DNA of 58,878 nucleotides from Bacteroidia bacterium (GCA_046302715.1 JBKCHQ010000174.1:1-58878); one strand, 5' to 3'; shown: positions 37,892 to 50,235, counted from the first letter of the stretch. A program made the numbers and translations. The notes: generated by a model from the sequence alone, not told the origin.

Positions 37892-39094
37892 ATGCAAAAA
37901 CCTGAAATTCCCGCCAACGAGAACGAGCGATTGTCGGCATTACGCGCTCTGCAAATACTGGATACCTTTCCCGAAAAAGAATTTGACTCCATCACGGCAT
38001 TGGCATCATTTATTTGTAAAACGCCCATTTCAATTATAAGCTTTATTGATGAAGGCCGCCAATGGTTTAAATCTATTGTTGGATTGGATGTGAGCGAAAC
38101 AGAGCGCGAATATGCTTTTTGCGCGCATGCTATTAATAACCCCAACGAACCATTTATTGTAGAAAACGCTTTAATTGACCCGCGTTTTACTGAAAATCCA
38201 TTAGTTACTGGAGGGCCACAAATACGATTTTATGCCGGAGCTCCATTGGTTACCTCTGATGGTATGGCTCTCGGAACACTTTGTGTAATTGATTCGGAAC
38301 CCAGAGAAATAAATACCGAACAAAAGAATGCTCTTGAGGCTTTGGCGAATCAGATTATGATTCAGTTAGAACTTCGTAAAAAAATTATTGAGCACGAAGA
38401 GATGAAAATTGAACTTGAAAAAAGTCGTTATGAGGCCGAACGTTTTGCTCATTTGGTATCGCATGATATTAAAGCCCCGCTCAAAGGAATCTCAGGCTTG
38501 GCAGACATGGTTTCAATACTTATGCAACGAAATGAATTTGATCTCCTCAAGCAATCGCTAACTCAGCTTAAAGAAAAAGCCGATCACACCGTGAATCTGG
38601 TTGACGGAATTCTGAACCACAGCCTGTCGTTAGGTAATACCATAAACAGGGAATGGATAAATGCCAATATCCTTTTGCGTGAGGTTACTATGCTTTGCTC
38701 TGCTCCACACGTTGTACGTTTTCACAAAAAATCTGAAGTAACAGAGATTTTTACCGACAAGGTACTTGTTGAACAAATACTCCTTAATCTTCTCACAAAC
38801 GCTATCAAGTATAATGATAAAGAAATTCCTGAAATTGAAATTTTAATAAGCGAAAACGAAGTCAATTATATTATTGAAGTTGGAGATAACGGTTGTGGCA
38901 TTCCTGATACATTTCAAAGTAGAATTTTTGAATTGTTTCAAACACTCGGCCATAAAGACCGTTTTGGGAATTCAGGAACCGGTATTGGGTTAAACACTGT
39001 AAAAAAAATCACCGATAAACTCGATGGGAAGGTAGAACTGCATTCCATTCCAAATATTGGAAGCCGGTTCACAATAACTTTACCTAAACGTTAA
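37892..39094 (+). CDS. Cytoplasmic GAF-domain sensor histidine kinase
   Basis: FCAHAI, IRFYAGAPL; SHDIKAPL H-box, NLLTNAIKY, DNGCGI, GTGIGL. Confidence 0.92.
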   Translation: MQKPEIPANENERLSALRALQILDTFPEKEFDSITALASFICKTPISIISFIDEGRQWFKSIVGLDVSETEREYAFCAHAINNPNEPFIVENALIDPRFTENPLVTGGPQIRFYAGAPLVTSDGMALGTLCVIDSEPREINTEQKNALEALANQIMIQLELRKKIIEHEEMKIELEKSRYEAERFAHLVSHDIKAPLKGISGLADMVSILMQRNEFDLLKQSLTQLKEKADHTVNLVDGILNHSLSLGNTINREWINANILLREVTMLCSAPHVVRFHKKSEVTEIFTDKVLVEQILLNLLTNAIKYNDKEIPEIEILISENEVNYIIEVGDNGCGIPDTFQSRIFELFQTLGHKDRFGNSGTGIGLNTVKKITDKLDGKVELHSIPNIGSRFTITLPKR

Positions 39095-41583
39095 TTGGCT
39101 TCAACTGCTTTTCGCCGCTTTTGCGGTTCCGTTACCTCTAAAACTATCGGATTTTTAACGCTTTCGTTGGTTAATGCAATTTTAAGCACGTCTTTCATCT
39201 GGCTTACATAATGAAAAGTAATTCCATCCAGATAATCCGATTTTATCTCCTCCACGTCTTTGCGGTTCTCTTCCGAAAGAATTATGTGCTGAATGTTAGC
39301 CCTGCGTGCGGCCAAAATCTTTTCTTTAATGCCCCCAACAGGCAACACTACGCCGCGTAAGGTAATTTCGCCCGTCATCGCTAGTTTTGATTTCACCTTC
39401 TTTTGGGTAAACAAAGAGGCTAATGCTGTTAACATGGCAATTCCCGCCGATGGTCCATCCTTTGGCGTGGCACCTTCGGGCACGTGTATGTGCACATTAT
39501 ACTTACCAAACAATTCGGGATTAATTTTCAGATAACTTTCAGCATGTGCTTTCAGGTATTCGAGCGCTATTTGAGCACTCTCCTTCATTACCGTACCCAA
39601 ATTACCCGTAAGCGACAATTTGCCCGAACCCTTGCTGGCAATGGTTTCAATAAACAATATTTCGCCTCCTACCGAAGTCCAAGCCAAACCAGTTACAACT
39701 CCTGCTGTATCGTTATTCTCGTATTTTTCGGAATGGTAGCGGGCAGGCCCCATTATTTTTGTTAATTCCTTATCACTTACGGTGGCATTTACATCCTCAT
39801 CCATAGCAATTGACTTGGCAACGGAGCGAATTACTTTCGCAATTCTTTTTTCGAGCGATCGAACCCCCGATTCGCGCGTGTACTCCTCAATAAGTTTTTG
39901 CAGTGCCTTGGGCGAAATTTTAAATTGACTTTTCTTGAGTCCGTGTTCCTCAATCTGTTTTGGAATCAGGTGCTGTCGGGCGATTTCCATTTTTTCCTCA
40001 AGCGTATACCCCGAAACTTCGATGAGCTCCATGCGATCGAGCAGTGCCGGTTGAATAGTAGAGAGTGAATTGGCTGTAGCAATAAACATGGCTCGACTCA
40101 AATCAAAATCCTGCTCCACATAGTTGTCGTAAAAGCTGCTGTTTTGCTCCGGATCAAGCACTTCGAGCAGGGCTGACGAAGGATCGCCGTGCGCATCGCG
40201 CCCTACTTTGTCGATTTCGTCGAGCACAAATACCGGGTTTGCCGATTTGGCTTTTCGCAGGTTTTGGATAATCCTTCCCGGCATGGCTCCGATGTATGTT
40301 TTACGATGCCCGCGAATCTCTGCTTCATCGCGTACACCACCAAGCGACATACGCACATACTCGCGCCCCAAAGATTTTGCAATTGACTTGCCCAACGATG
40401 TTTTACCCACCCCCGGAGGACCATAAAAACATAAAATGGGAGAACGCATATTTCCTTTTAATTTTAGAACTGCCAGATATTCCAAAATCCGCTCTTTCAC
40501 TTTGTCCATACCATAATGATCCTTGTCTAAAATTTTTCGGGCCCTTGATAAATCAAACTGGTCTGCCGTAAATTCGTTCCAAGGCAGTTCCAGCAGCAAA
40601 TCCAAATAGTTGCGCTGCACCGAATATTCGGCCGCATTGGGGTTCATGCGTTGAATTTTGTCGAGCTCTTTGTAAAAGTGTTTTTTAACCGACTCGCTCC
40701 ACAATTTTTTTTCGGCCTTTTCGCGCATTTCAACCACTTCTTCTTCAAACACATTTCCGCCCAATTCTTCCTGAATGGTTTTTAATTGTTGATGAAGAAA
40801 ATATTCCCTTTGCTGTTGGTCAATATCAATTTTAACCTTAGTCTGAATTTGGTTTTTCAATTCAAGCATCTGCAATTCGCGGGTAATGTGCTGCAGTACC
40901 AGTTCGGCCCGTTGCTTGAGATCGGCCACTTCAAGCATCGATTGCTTGTGTGCTACATCGGCGTTCATATTGGATGAAATGAAGTTGATGAGAAACGAAG
41001 GGCTATCTATATTTTTAATAGCAAAACCGGCCTCAGAAGGAATATTAGGTGACTGCTTGATAATTTGTAGGGCAGTATCTTTAAGCGTAGATACTAAAGC
41101 GGCAAACTCCTTATCGTCTGACTTAGGTCGAATTTCTTCGAAAGGCGCAATACGTGCACGAAAATAGGGTTCTTCAGTTGTAATTTCCTGTAGGCTAAAA
41201 CGACGCTTGCCTTGTATAATGGCGGTGGTATTTCCATCGGGCATGCGTAACATTTTTATAATCATGGCCACAGTGCCAATCTGATTTAAATCGGCCGCTG
41301 TTGGATCGTCGATATTAACGTCTTTTTGAGCCACTACACCGATTATTCGATCCTTTTTATTGGCATCTTTAATGAGCCGTATGGATTTATCTCTGCCAAC
41401 AGTTATGGGAATAACTACCCCTGGAAAAAGTACGGTATTGCGCAGCGGTAAAATAGGCAGTTCGTCAGGAATATGTTCCAAGTTCATCTGCTCCTCGTCT
41501 TCGGCGGTCATTAATGGAATAAATTCCGCATCATCATCAATTATATTAGAGAAAGCAGCTTGGTCAAAAAAAAGATCACTCAT
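39091..41583 (-). CDS. lon: ATP-dependent protease La
   Basis: [34 protein letters not shown]. Confidence 0.97.
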   Translation of the reverse strand: MSDLFFDQAAFSNIIDDDAEFIPLMTAEDEEQMNLEHIPDELPILPLRNTVLFPGVVIPITVGRDKSIRLIKDANKKDRIIGVVAQKDVNIDDPTAADLNQIGTVAMIIKMLRMPDGNTTAIIQGKRRFSLQEITTEEPYFRARIAPFEEIRPKSDDKEFAALVSTLKDTALQIIKQSPNIPSEAGFAIKNIDSPSFLINFISSNMNADVAHKQSMLEVADLKQRAELVLQHITRELQMLELKNQIQTKVKIDIDQQQREYFLHQQLKTIQEELGGNVFEEEVVEMREKAEKKLWSESVKKHFYKELDKIQRMNPNAAEYSVQRNYLDLLLELPWNEFTADQFDLSRARKILDKDHYGMDKVKERILEYLAVLKLKGNMRSPILCFYGPPGVGKTSLGKSIAKSLGREYVRMSLGGVRDEAEIRGHRKTYIGAMPGRIIQNLRKAKSANPVFVLDEIDKVGRDAHGDPSSALLEVLDPEQNSSFYDNYVEQDFDLSRAMFIATANSLSTIQPALLDRMELIEVSGYTLEEKMEIARQHLIPKQIEEHGLKKSQFKISPKALQKLIEEYTRESGVRSLEKRIAKVIRSVAKSIAMDEDVNATVSDKELTKIMGPARYHSEKYENNDTAGVVTGLAWTSVGGEILFIETIASKGSGKLSLTGNLGTVMKESAQIALEYLKAHAESYLKINPELFGKYNVHIHVPEGATPKDGPSAGIAMLTALASLFTQKKVKSKLAMTGEITLRGVVLPVGGIKEKILAARRANIQHIILSEENRKDVEEIKSDYLDGITFHYVSQMKDVLKIALTNESVKNPIVLEVTEPQKRRKAVEAN

Positions 41584-41650
41584 AAATAAGGTGTCAGTAT
41601 GGCAGTTTGTATGTGTAATTTTCTAAAGAAAATTATGAAAGCATTAAAGG

Positions 41651-41665
41651 TCAATAGATATGCCA
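41651..41665 (-). promoter_or_regulatory. sigma54-like -24/-12 motif TGGCAT-N5-TTGA upstream of lon
   Basis: Reverse complement TGGCATATCTATTGA, correct spacing. Confidence 0.5.
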
Positions 41666-41734
41666 AGTAATATAACGGTACTTAATTCTACGAATCAACG
41701 CCGACAACTTTTTTAGAAAACGGTGCCGATTAAA

Positions 41735-42406
41735 TTACGCTTCTCCCCCAATTATCAGTACAATCTCGCCTTTGGGGGGTTTATTTGTAAAATGAGAAAC
41801 AAGCTCATCAAAACTACCTTTTACACATTCTTCAAACACCTTACTTAATTCTCTCACAACAGCTGCTTGACGTGAAGGTCCTAAAATCAACCGACAAAGT
41901 TCCAGCGTTTTAAGTAAACGGTGTGGCGATTCGTAAAATACCACCGTACGTGTTTCGTTAAGAATATTAGTAATGCGTGTTTGTTTCCCTTTTTTATGCG
42001 GCAAGAATCCTTCAAACACGAAACGGTCGGTAGGGAAACCCGACACCACCAATGCCGGAATTAGGGCGGTAGCTCCAGGTAAACACTCCACATGTATTGC
42101 ATTTTCTAAACAAGCCCTCACCAATAGAAAACCCGGATCGGAGATGCCCGGCGTACCAGCGTCGGATACCAAAGCCGCCATTTCTGAAGTTTTGATAAGT
42201 TGTAGCGTTTGCTCAAGCACTTTATGTTCATTGTGAAGATGGAAAGACCTAAGATTGGCCTTTACTCCATAATGCTGGAGCAGACGCATCGTGGTACGGG
42301 TATCTTCGGCAAAAACAATATCTGCGCTTTTCAATACTTCAAGCGCTCTAAGCGTAATATCCCCTAAATTACCTATTGGTGTAGGCACAAGGACCAGCCT
42401 GGCCAT
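41735..42406 (-). CDS. rsmI: 16S rRNA C1402 2'-O-methyltransferase
   Basis: PTPIGNLGDIT, AEDTR, SDAGTPGISDPG, YESPHRL. Confidence 0.96.
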   Translation of the reverse strand: MARLVLVPTPIGNLGDITLRALEVLKSADIVFAEDTRTTMRLLQHYGVKANLRSFHLHNEHKVLEQTLQLIKTSEMAALVSDAGTPGISDPGFLLVRACLENAIHVECLPGATALIPALVVSGFPTDRFVFEGFLPHKKGKQTRITNILNETRTVVFYESPHRLLKTLELCRLILGPSRQAAVVRELSKVFEECVKGSFDELVSHFTNKPPKGEIVLIIGGEA

Positions 42407-42408
42407 AG

Positions 42409-43290
42409 TTATTCCTGATGCAAATAGCGCCTGTTAAGCAATTCGGCTAAACCTTGGAACGATTTACTTTCGGGATTCCATGAATATTTGGTTTTTAATT
42501 CCTGGAAAAAATCTTCAGCTTCCATATAGCTGTCGAAATTGTTAAGCTTTTCGAGCGCCTCATTGTAATCGTTCACGTTGTTTTTGAACAATTCTTTGAG
42601 GTATAAGAACTTCTCGTTGATGCCAATGGCCGCTTTAATATTCGAAATTGGCTGGCGACTCACCTGACCAGCCACTGTTTTTTCGGCAGGTTTGGTAATT
42701 TTATCGTATAACGAAGTAGCCTTATCAAATAGGCTCTCTTTCTTTGGCTCGGATACAACAGGCTCGGGTTCGGGTGTTTTTAAACCTATTTTTCGTACCG
42801 TAGGAACAAAATCTTTTTGGCGCTCCTGAAGCAAATCAACCTTAGGACCAACCACTGGGGGATTTTCGGAGGGCAGGGCTACATTGGTGGCAATCACAGG
42901 ATCTTGCACTTTCGGAGCAGAAGCAACTGTGCTTTCATCCTCCTTTGCTGATTCTTTTGCGGGCTCTTCAACCTTGGCCGTTTCCACAATCGCTGTCGTT
43001 TCCGATTTAACTGAAGCAGGCGCCGCCTGTACATTCGTTATTGCCGCTTCTGGTTTAGAAACGGGCTGAGCCTGGGGCGCAGCTTGTTCTGCAGGCTTCT
43101 CATTGCGTCGCTGCCACTCTGCTGCCGTTCGTAAGTCAAGAAATCCTTCGTACAAATCCCGAACATCTTTCAGAACCAGATCAATTTCCACTACGGGAAT
43201 TTTTTCGTTGTACGATAATATGCGACCATATTGCTCTTCAAGCTTGATGAGCAAATGGTTAATTTCTTCTTGCATGCGGCGGACATCCAT
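42409..43290 (-). CDS. Hypothetical protein: N-terminal helices, disordered linker, C-terminal helical domain
   Basis: A/P/E/K-rich centre; C-terminal [15 protein letters not shown] motif. Confidence 0.8.
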   Translation of the reverse strand: MDVRRMQEEINHLLIKLEEQYGRILSYNEKIPVVEIDLVLKDVRDLYEGFLDLRTAAEWQRRNEKPAEQAAPQAQPVSKPEAAITNVQAAPASVKSETTAIVETAKVEEPAKESAKEDESTVASAPKVQDPVIATNVALPSENPPVVGPKVDLLQERQKDFVPTVRKIGLKTPEPEPVVSEPKKESLFDKATSLYDKITKPAEKTVAGQVSRQPISNIKAAIGINEKFLYLKELFKNNVNDYNEALEKLNNFDSYMEAEDFFQELKTKYSWNPESKSFQGLAELLNRRYLHQE

Positions 43291-43329
43291 AATGATTCAA
43301 TGTAAAAACAGACTGCGTTGCAATTTAAT

Positions 43330-43337
43330 TAGATTTG
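43330..43337 (+). promoter_or_regulatory. -7 promoter element TAGATTTG for tdk-murF/alr
   Basis: TAnnTTTG in the divergent gap. Confidence 0.5.
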
Positions 43338-43384
43338 TATTCTCTTTTGCGAATTATTTAAAGATATTTTTACCGTATTTCAAC

Positions 43385-43999
43385 ATGTTTTTGGAGAACA
43401 CCATAAATCATTCAAAAAAGCGCGGATGGCTTGAAGTTATTTGCGGTTCCATGTTTTCCGGAAAGACCGAAGAGCTCATCCGACGCCTTCGAAGAGCACA
43501 GTTTGCCAAGCAAAATGTTGAAATTTTTAAGCCTGCGGTGGACACGCGCTATGCCGAAACTGAGGTAGTATCGCACGATTCCAATTCGATACGTTCAACC
43601 CCTGTAGAATCGTCGCAAAGCATACTTTTATTATCCAATGAGGTTGAAGTGGTGGGGATAGATGAAGCACAATTTTTCGACCTCGAATTGGTAAATGTTT
43701 GTAACGAACTGGCCAACCAGGGCATTCGAGTAATAATTGCCGGATTGGATATGGATTACCGGGGCTTCCCGTTTGGGCCCATGCCGGGCCTGCTTGCTAC
43801 TGCCGAATATGTTACAAAAGTACACGCCATCTGTATGAATTGCGGCAATCTGGCTAATCATTCGCACCGCATCGACAGCAACAACAATAATCTCGTATTG
43901 CTTGGCGAAACCGATTCGTACACCCCACTTTGTCGCGATTGTTTTTACGACCTTAATCCTTTGCCCTACTCGGGCCTCAAAGGCGCCAAAGAACAATGA
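43385..43999 (+). CDS. tdk: Thymidine kinase
   Basis: [26 protein letters not shown] zinc motif; start at MFLEN. Confidence 0.96.
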   Translation: MFLENTINHSKKRGWLEVICGSMFSGKTEELIRRLRRAQFAKQNVEIFKPAVDTRYAETEVVSHDSNSIRSTPVESSQSILLLSNEVEVVGIDEAQFFDLELVNVCNELANQGIRVIIAGLDMDYRGFPFGPMPGLLATAEYVTKVHAICMNCGNLANHSHRIDSNNNNLVLLGETDSYTPLCRDCFYDLNPLPYSGLKGAKEQ

Positions 44000-46458
44000 A
44001 TGCCATTTCAATTAATGATATAACGCTTGCCAGTGGTGGGGCGCTTCATGCAAACGACCCTTCGAATACGGTCATTAACTCTGTAATGTTCGACAGCCGA
44101 AGTGCCTTTGCCTCACCCAACACATTGTTTGTTGCCTTGCGTTCAAAACGCAACGATGGGCACCACTATATCCAGGAATTGATTGACGCCGGTGTGTGTA
44201 ATTTTTTGGTGGAATACATTCCAGAGTCGCTCAAACGTGCCGCTGTAAATTTTATTTGCGTAGAAAATACGTTGCTAGCGCTTCAAAAAATTGCCCAATG
44301 GAAACGGACGCAAAGCCAAGCTCGGGTTATTGCCATCACAGGAAGCAACGGCAAAACTATTGTCAAGGAGTGGCTCAATGCCATGATTAAAGAAGATTTT
44401 AAGATCTGCCGAAGTCCTAAGAGCTTTAATTCGCAGCTTGGGGTTGCCCTTTCGTTAATAAACCTGGAACCCGAGCATCAATTGGGGATTTTTGAGGCGG
44501 GAATTTCAATGCCGGGAGAAATGGATGCATTAGAACAGATGATTCGGCCCGATGAAGGTATTTTTACCATGATTGGTCAGGCGCATGCTGAGAATTTTTC
44601 CTCATTAAAGGAGAAAATAGCAGAGAAGCTCAAACTTTTTAAAGCCTGTAAAACGCTGATTTATTGCAGAGATCAAAGCGCTATTCAGGAACAAGTTTAT
44701 GCCACATTTGAAGGCAAGCGCTTTACTTGGGGCCGCCATCCCGAATCTGATGTGCGCGTAATTCATGACGAGCAAGGGCTTGTTCATCTCGAGTTTTCTC
44801 AGGCATCGTTTCACTTTAAACTGCCATATTCAGATGCTGCCTCAAAAGAAAATATTTTGCACGTTATAGCCTGGATGCTCCTACACGGGTATTCACAAGA
44901 CACAATCCAAGTCAGACTCGAAAAATTACAATCGCCCGAAATGCGTTTACAGATGCTTCAGGGCATTAATGATTGCTTGATTTTAAATGATTCGTGGGCT
45001 GCCGATCCCGATTCGATGCATATTGCCCTGCAGGCACTTGCCCAAATGAGCGGAGTGTTAAAACGTACAGTAATTCTTTCTGATATGCTCGAAACCGGTA
45101 TACCCGAAGAGCAACTCTATGCACAAATAGGCCAGGAGCTAAACAATGCCGGCATTTCAAAAATCATAGGAATTGGCACCTCCGTGAGCAGGCTTTTTGA
45201 TGCGTTCCAAGGCGAAAAGCATTTTTTTGGCAGCACACAGGAGCTAATAAACGCTCTAACCAGCCTCGACCTTAACAAAGAGGCCATATTGCTAAAAGGA
45301 GCACGGATTTTTGCTTTCGAGAAAATCGCTGCAGCGTTACAGCTAAAATCACACGAAACGGTTCTTGAGATAAATTTAAACCATATCATCCATAACCTTA
45401 ACTACTATAAATCACTACTCCCTAAAGAGGTTAGGTGGATGGCTATGGTAAAAGCCTTTTCATACGGCGCCGGAACTTCTGAAATTGCAGCTGTTTTGCA
45501 GGCTGGCAGAATTGATTATTTGGCAGTTGCCTACGCCGATGAGGGTGTAGAACTTCGCAAAGCGGGTATTCGGGTTCCAATTATGGTGATGAGTCCAGAA
45601 ACCGAGTCATGGAGCAGCATGCTTGAATACAATCTCGAACCTGAGATTTACAGCTTTAAAACACTGCGAGCCTTTATTGATTTGCTCGATCAAAGGCAGA
45701 CCGACGAGAAACAAACCTACCGAATTCATATAAAACTGGATACCGGCATGCACCGCTTGGGCTTTGAAGCATGCGACATTCAAAAACTGGCTTCGATCCT
45801 GAACATGCGAAGCGATTTAGAGCTAGCCTCGGTGTTCTCTCATCTGGCGGCAAGCACAGAAGCTGAACACGATGCATTCACCAAAAAGCAGATTGCCGAT
45901 TTTGTAGAAATGTGTCAATTGCTTCAAGAACTCACCGGGCGGAATTTTCTTAGGCATATACTCAACTCGGGCGGTATATCGCGGCATTCAAATGCACACA
46001 TGGATTTGGTACGTTTGGGCATTGGCTTATACGGAATTGCCGAGGGCGGCCCGCAAAAGCAGTTGCTGCCTGTAGGACGACTTAAAACGGTTATTAGCCA
46101 GATTCGCGCAGTAAGTGCCGGTGATAGTGTAGGATACAGCCGCAGAGGTTGGGTAACACGCCAATCGCTTATAGCCACCTTGCCTATCGGCTACGCCGAT
46201 GGTTTATCCAGAAAATTAGGCAATGGAAAATTTACATTTTCCATACGCGGGCAAATGGCTCCATCGGTAGGAAATATCTGCATGGATATGTGTATGGTAG
46301 ATATTACCGATATTAAGGATGTTCAGGAGGGCGACACGGTTATCGTTTTTGAAAATTCAGATCAGATTCATTCTCTTGCTACTGCGGCCGAAACCATCCC
46401 ATACGAAGTGCTTACCGGTCTGTCATCACGCATTAAGCGGGTGTATCTTCACGAATAA
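43996..46458 (+). CDS. alr: Bifunctional MurF-like ligase / alanine racemase fusion
   Basis: [18 protein letters not shown]; AMVKAFSYG (PLP Lys), [20 protein letters not shown]. Confidence 0.93.
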   Translation: MNAISINDITLASGGALHANDPSNTVINSVMFDSRSAFASPNTLFVALRSKRNDGHHYIQELIDAGVCNFLVEYIPESLKRAAVNFICVENTLLALQKIAQWKRTQSQARVIAITGSNGKTIVKEWLNAMIKEDFKICRSPKSFNSQLGVALSLINLEPEHQLGIFEAGISMPGEMDALEQMIRPDEGIFTMIGQAHAENFSSLKEKIAEKLKLFKACKTLIYCRDQSAIQEQVYATFEGKRFTWGRHPESDVRVIHDEQGLVHLEFSQASFHFKLPYSDAASKENILHVIAWMLLHGYSQDTIQVRLEKLQSPEMRLQMLQGINDCLILNDSWAADPDSMHIALQALAQMSGVLKRTVILSDMLETGIPEEQLYAQIGQELNNAGISKIIGIGTSVSRLFDAFQGEKHFFGSTQELINALTSLDLNKEAILLKGARIFAFEKIAAALQLKSHETVLEINLNHIIHNLNYYKSLLPKEVRWMAMVKAFSYGAGTSEIAAVLQAGRIDYLAVAYADEGVELRKAGIRVPIMVMSPETESWSSMLEYNLEPEIYSFKTLRAFIDLLDQRQTDEKQTYRIHIKLDTGMHRLGFEACDIQKLASILNMRSDLELASVFSHLAASTEAEHDAFTKKQIADFVEMCQLLQELTGRNFLRHILNSGGISRHSNAHMDLVRLGIGLYGIAEGGPQKQLLPVGRLKTVISQIRAVSAGDSVGYSRRGWVTRQSLIATLPIGYADGLSRKLGNGKFTFSIRGQMAPSVGNICMDMCMVDITDIKDVQEGDTVIVFENSDQIHSLATAAETIPYEVLTGLSSRIKRVYLHE

Positions 46459-46540
46459 GCTATATTTTACAGCAGTAATTTTTGTCTGTCTAAATTTTAT
46501 TTAAGTCTTGTGCTTATACTGCAACTTAAGATCATGTAGG

Positions 46541-46560
46541 AAAGAGCAGGTATGCTCTTT
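46541..46560. terminator. Hairpin between convergent alr and SPFH genes, possible terminator
   Basis: AAAGAGCA-GGTA-TGCTCTTT perfect 8-bp stem; weak U-tracts. Confidence 0.4.
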
Positions 46561-46642
46561 GTGGACGAATGAGCTTCAAAATGCAAAACTGCGTTTGCGT
46601 TCAAGGAATTGGAAAATTAAATTTAAAACTCAAGAATAGTGC

Positions 46643-47518
46643 TTAATCAGGCAAACCCATGATAGGGGTCTTGCCATCAGTAATAATTACCTTACTATTA
46701 TTCGATTCACTCAAATTCATAAATGCTTCAATCGATTTATATTTTAGAATCGTTGGGGTAAGGCTTGCATTCATTAGCTCGTTGGCTTGCTTAATTCCCT
46801 CGGCTTCGGTAATTCTTGCCGCTTTTTCACCTTCGGCACGTAAAATATCGCTTTGCTTCTTGCCTTCAGCAGCAATAATTGCAATTTGCTTTGCTCCTTC
46901 GGCTTCAATTACTTTACGTTGAGCATCTTTGGTCTCACGCTGAAGAATAAACTCCATACGTTGGGCATCTTGCTCGGCCTGCAATTTATCTTCAATGGCT
47001 TTAGAGAGACCAGCAGGTAACGTTATGTTTTTCATTAACACTGCTTCGATGATGAACCCTCTCGGTTCAAGCACTATCATCATTTGATCCCGAATTTCTT
47101 TTTCAATTTTTGAGCGCTCAGCACTGTGCATATCTTTTGCCATAAAACGCGCACAAACATCGGCAGATGCACTTCTAAACACCGGAAGAATGATAACTTC
47201 TTCAAAGTCTAGCCCGATAGTTTCAAGCATTTCAATTGCTGAGTTAGACTTAATGCGATATAGAATCGAAATTTCTGATTTAATGGTTAATCCTTCTTTA
47301 GAAGGCAGACCCGTTGAAATTTCAAGATTTACCGTCCTCACCGGAATCTTAATCACACGGGTAGTTATGGGATTAAATACCACTAAACCTGGCGATATGG
47401 CACGCTTACCTACCTTGCCTAATCGACGCTTTACACCTACCTCACCTTGGATGATACGTGTACACGAAGATAAAATGGCAGCAACACACAGAATTGAAAT
47501 TATGGAACGGAATTTCAT
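46643..47518 (-). CDS. SPFH/prohibitin family protein with lipoprotein-like signal
   Basis: GEVGV, PSKEGL, AIEDKLQAEQ, repeated AEG.K; N-terminal LSS-C. Confidence 0.88.
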   Translation of the reverse strand: MKFRSIISILCVAAILSSCTRIIQGEVGVKRRLGKVGKRAISPGLVVFNPITTRVIKIPVRTVNLEISTGLPSKEGLTIKSEISILYRIKSNSAIEMLETIGLDFEEVIILPVFRSASADVCARFMAKDMHSAERSKIEKEIRDQMMIVLEPRGFIIEAVLMKNITLPAGLSKAIEDKLQAEQDAQRMEFILQRETKDAQRKVIEAEGAKQIAIIAAEGKKQSDILRAEGEKAARITEAEGIKQANELMNASLTPTILKYKSIEAFMNLSESNNSKVIITDGKTPIMGLPD

Positions 47519-47676
47519 AGGGCTTTTTTATTAAACAACAAAAAACCAAAGGTGTGGTTCTTAAAAAGCTTCCGTTAGGGATAGAACCCCAAAAGCACTG
47601 AATACAATCAACCCATCAATCTTTAAGCCTGAATAATGGAATTTTCAGCTATGAATCAAATGAATGCATCACGAAA

Positions 47677-47697
47677 TACGAGAACCTATTTCTCGCA
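47677..47697 (-). terminator. Possible terminator after atpG
   Basis: UGCGAGAA-AUAGG-UUCUCGUA stem with one G-U pair, then only UUU. Confidence 0.35.
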
Positions 47698-47711
47698 AGC
47701 AGTTGGAAATA

Positions 47712-48593
47712 CTACCCCTTCAAGGCTTCTGCCCCACCAACAATTTCCAAAATTTCGTTGGTAATGGCGGCCTGTCGTGCTTTGTTATAACTCAAACGGA
47801 GCTCCTTCAATAACTCCTTCGCATTATCTGTTGCTTTGTTCATAGCCGTCATTCGGGCGCCGTGCTCGGCTGCATGCGAATCGAGCACCGCCTTGTACAA
47901 TTGTATCTTTAGCGATTTAGGAATAAGCTCGCGTACAATCTCTTCTTTGTTAGGCTCGAATATGTAATCAATCGATGCCGATTTAGCATCCGTGGTAGTA
48001 GGCGGCAAAACAGGCAGGAATTGCTCTTCAGTGGGTATTTGCACCGCTGCATTTTTAAAGCGATTGTATACCACAACCACCTTGTCGAATTCGCCCGCTG
48101 TATAACCTTGCATAATACGTTCGGCAACGGGAGCTACTTTATCAAAACTCAAACCGTCAAACACCTGATTATGGCTACTAATCACGTTCATTTTTCCACG
48201 AGTAAGAGCATCTGTAGCTTTCTTTCCAATGGTAATGTAGGATACGTTGCCTGCTTCATGTTGCGCCCTATACTCATTGGCAACTAAATTACGGGCAGTT
48301 TTAAGGATATTGCTGTTAAAGGCCCCCGCCAATCCGCGGTTTGAAGTAATTGCAACAATAAGGATTTTATTAGGCTCACGTTGAATCGAATAAGCCCCAC
48401 CTTCAGAAGCATCAACGTTACTGCTTAAGTTACCCAGAATTTCTTTTAGCTTTTCGGCATAAGGCCGCATTTGTGTAATGGCATCCTGAGCCCTACGGAG
48501 CTTTGCTGCCGACACCATTTTCATGGCACTGGTAATTTGCTGCGTAGAGTTTACCGAAACAATTCTATTGCGAACTTCCTTTAAATTGGGCAT
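47712..48593 (-). CDS. atpG: ATP synthase gamma subunit
   Basis: QITSAMKMVSAAK, EHGARMTAMNKATDNA, RQAAITNEILE. Confidence 0.97.
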   Translation of the reverse strand: MPNLKEVRNRIVSVNSTQQITSAMKMVSAAKLRRAQDAITQMRPYAEKLKEILGNLSSNVDASEGGAYSIQREPNKILIVAITSNRGLAGAFNSNILKTARNLVANEYRAQHEAGNVSYITIGKKATDALTRGKMNVISSHNQVFDGLSFDKVAPVAERIMQGYTAGEFDKVVVVYNRFKNAAVQIPTEEQFLPVLPPTTTDAKSASIDYIFEPNKEEIVRELIPKSLKIQLYKAVLDSHAAEHGARMTAMNKATDNAKELLKELRLSYNKARQAAITNEILEIVGGAEALKG

Positions 48594-48613
48594 CGTTCAG
48601 AAATTTAATTCTT

Positions 48614-50194
48614 TTATTTAACGTACTTCGAAGCTACTTCTTTGGCCACCTCATCAAGAACTGCGGTAAGTTCGTCGGAATATTTACCAGCTTTGAGATC
48701 TGCTAGCGTTGAAGCATACTGCGTGCGCAGAAGTGTAAGGTAATTAGCTTCAAATTCTTTAACCTGATTCACAGGAACACTACGCAACAAGCCTTTGGTT
48801 CCGGCATAAATTATAGCAATTTGTTCTTCCACCTTAAAAGGTGTGTACTGAGGCTGCTTTAGGATTTCAACGTTACGCGCTCCTTTGTCGAGAACGAATT
48901 TGGTAGCGGCATCAAGGTCGGAACCAAACTTAGCAAATGCTTCAAGTTCGCGGTATTGTGCCTGATCTCCCTTTAGGGTACCGGCCACCTTCTTCATCGA
49001 CTTAATTTGTGCATTACCTCCCACACGCGATACCGAGATACCTACGTTAATGGCTGGACGCACACCCGCGTTAAACAAGTTCGACTCAAGGAAAATCTGC
49101 CCATCGGTAATCGAAATTACGTTGGTTGGGATGTATGCCGAAACGTCGCCCGCTTGAGTTTCGATAATCGGCAGAGCGGTTAATGATCCACCGCCCTTTA
49201 CAAGATGGCGGATAGACTCGGGCAAATCGTTCATCGCTTGTGCAATGCTGTCGGTAGCATTGATTTTTGCGGCACGCTCCAACAAACGGCTGTGTAGGTA
49301 AAATACATCGCCGGGATATGCCTCACGCCCGGGTGGACGACGAAGAAGCAATGATACCTCACGATAGGCCACGGCCTGTTTAGACAAATCGTCATAAACA
49401 ATCAATGCCGGACGACCGGTATCGCGGAAATATTCACCGATGGCAACTCCAGCAAATGGAGCGTAGAACTGCATTGGTGCTGGGTCAGAAGCGGTGGCAG
49501 CCACTACTACGGTGTAAGCCATCGCTCCGTTTTCTTCCAAGGTTTTAACAATATTGGCCACAGTTGAACCTTTCTGACCAATGGCAACATAGATGCAGAA
49601 TACAGGCTGTCCGGCGTCAAAAAATTCTTTCTGATTGAGGATGGTATCAATACACACCGCAGTTTTTCCGGTTTGGCGGTCGCCAATCACCAGCTCACGC
49701 TGACCGCGGCCAATAGGTATCATCGCATCAATGGCTTTGATTCCGGTTTGAAGCGGTTCGTTTACCGGCTGACGGTAAATTACACCGGGCGCTTTACGCT
49801 CTAAGGGCATTTCATATACCTCACCTTTGATAGGTCCTTTTCCGTCGATGGGCTCACCAATGGTGTTTACCACACGACCTACCATGCCTTCGCCAACTTT
49901 AATGGAGGCAATACGGCTGGTACGGCGAACTACATCGCCCTCTTTAATATCATTTGAGGCACCGAGCAATACAGCACCTACATTGTCTTCTTCCAAGTTT
50001 AAAACTATACCTTGAAGACCGTTAGCAAACTCAACGAGCTCGCCCGACTGTACATTGTTTAATCCGTAAATACGGGCAATACCGTCGCCCACTTGGAGCA
50101 CAGTACCTACTTCTTCGAGTTGTGTATCGGTTGTGAAACCTGAAAGTTGTTGCTTAAGAATTGCAGAAACTTCTGCGGGTTTAATTTCAGCCAT
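48614..50194 (-). CDS. atpA: ATP synthase alpha subunit
   Basis: [28 protein letters not shown]. Confidence 0.98.
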   Translation of the reverse strand: MAEIKPAEVSAILKQQLSGFTTDTQLEEVGTVLQVGDGIARIYGLNNVQSGELVEFANGLQGIVLNLEEDNVGAVLLGASNDIKEGDVVRRTSRIASIKVGEGMVGRVVNTIGEPIDGKGPIKGEVYEMPLERKAPGVIYRQPVNEPLQTGIKAIDAMIPIGRGQRELVIGDRQTGKTAVCIDTILNQKEFFDAGQPVFCIYVAIGQKGSTVANIVKTLEENGAMAYTVVVAATASDPAPMQFYAPFAGVAIGEYFRDTGRPALIVYDDLSKQAVAYREVSLLLRRPPGREAYPGDVFYLHSRLLERAAKINATDSIAQAMNDLPESIRHLVKGGGSLTALPIIETQAGDVSAYIPTNVISITDGQIFLESNLFNAGVRPAINVGISVSRVGGNAQIKSMKKVAGTLKGDQAQYRELEAFAKFGSDLDAATKFVLDKGARNVEILKQPQYTPFKVEEQIAIIYAGTKGLLRSVPVNQVKEFEANYLTLLRTQYASTLADLKAGKYSDELTAVLDEVAKEVASKYVK

Positions 50195-50235
50195 GGATTC
50201 TTGGTGTATAGGTGAGAAGTGAACGGGTCACAAAA

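Noticed and set aside
43103-43384. N-terminal extensions in track ORFs (tdk; similarly asd, the lamin-tail gene and the second amidohydrolase)
   Set aside because: Longest-ORF artefacts that overlap neighbouring genes or promoter elements
43996-46458. MurF-Alr fusion as a novelty
   Set aside because: Well-known Bacteroidota architecture
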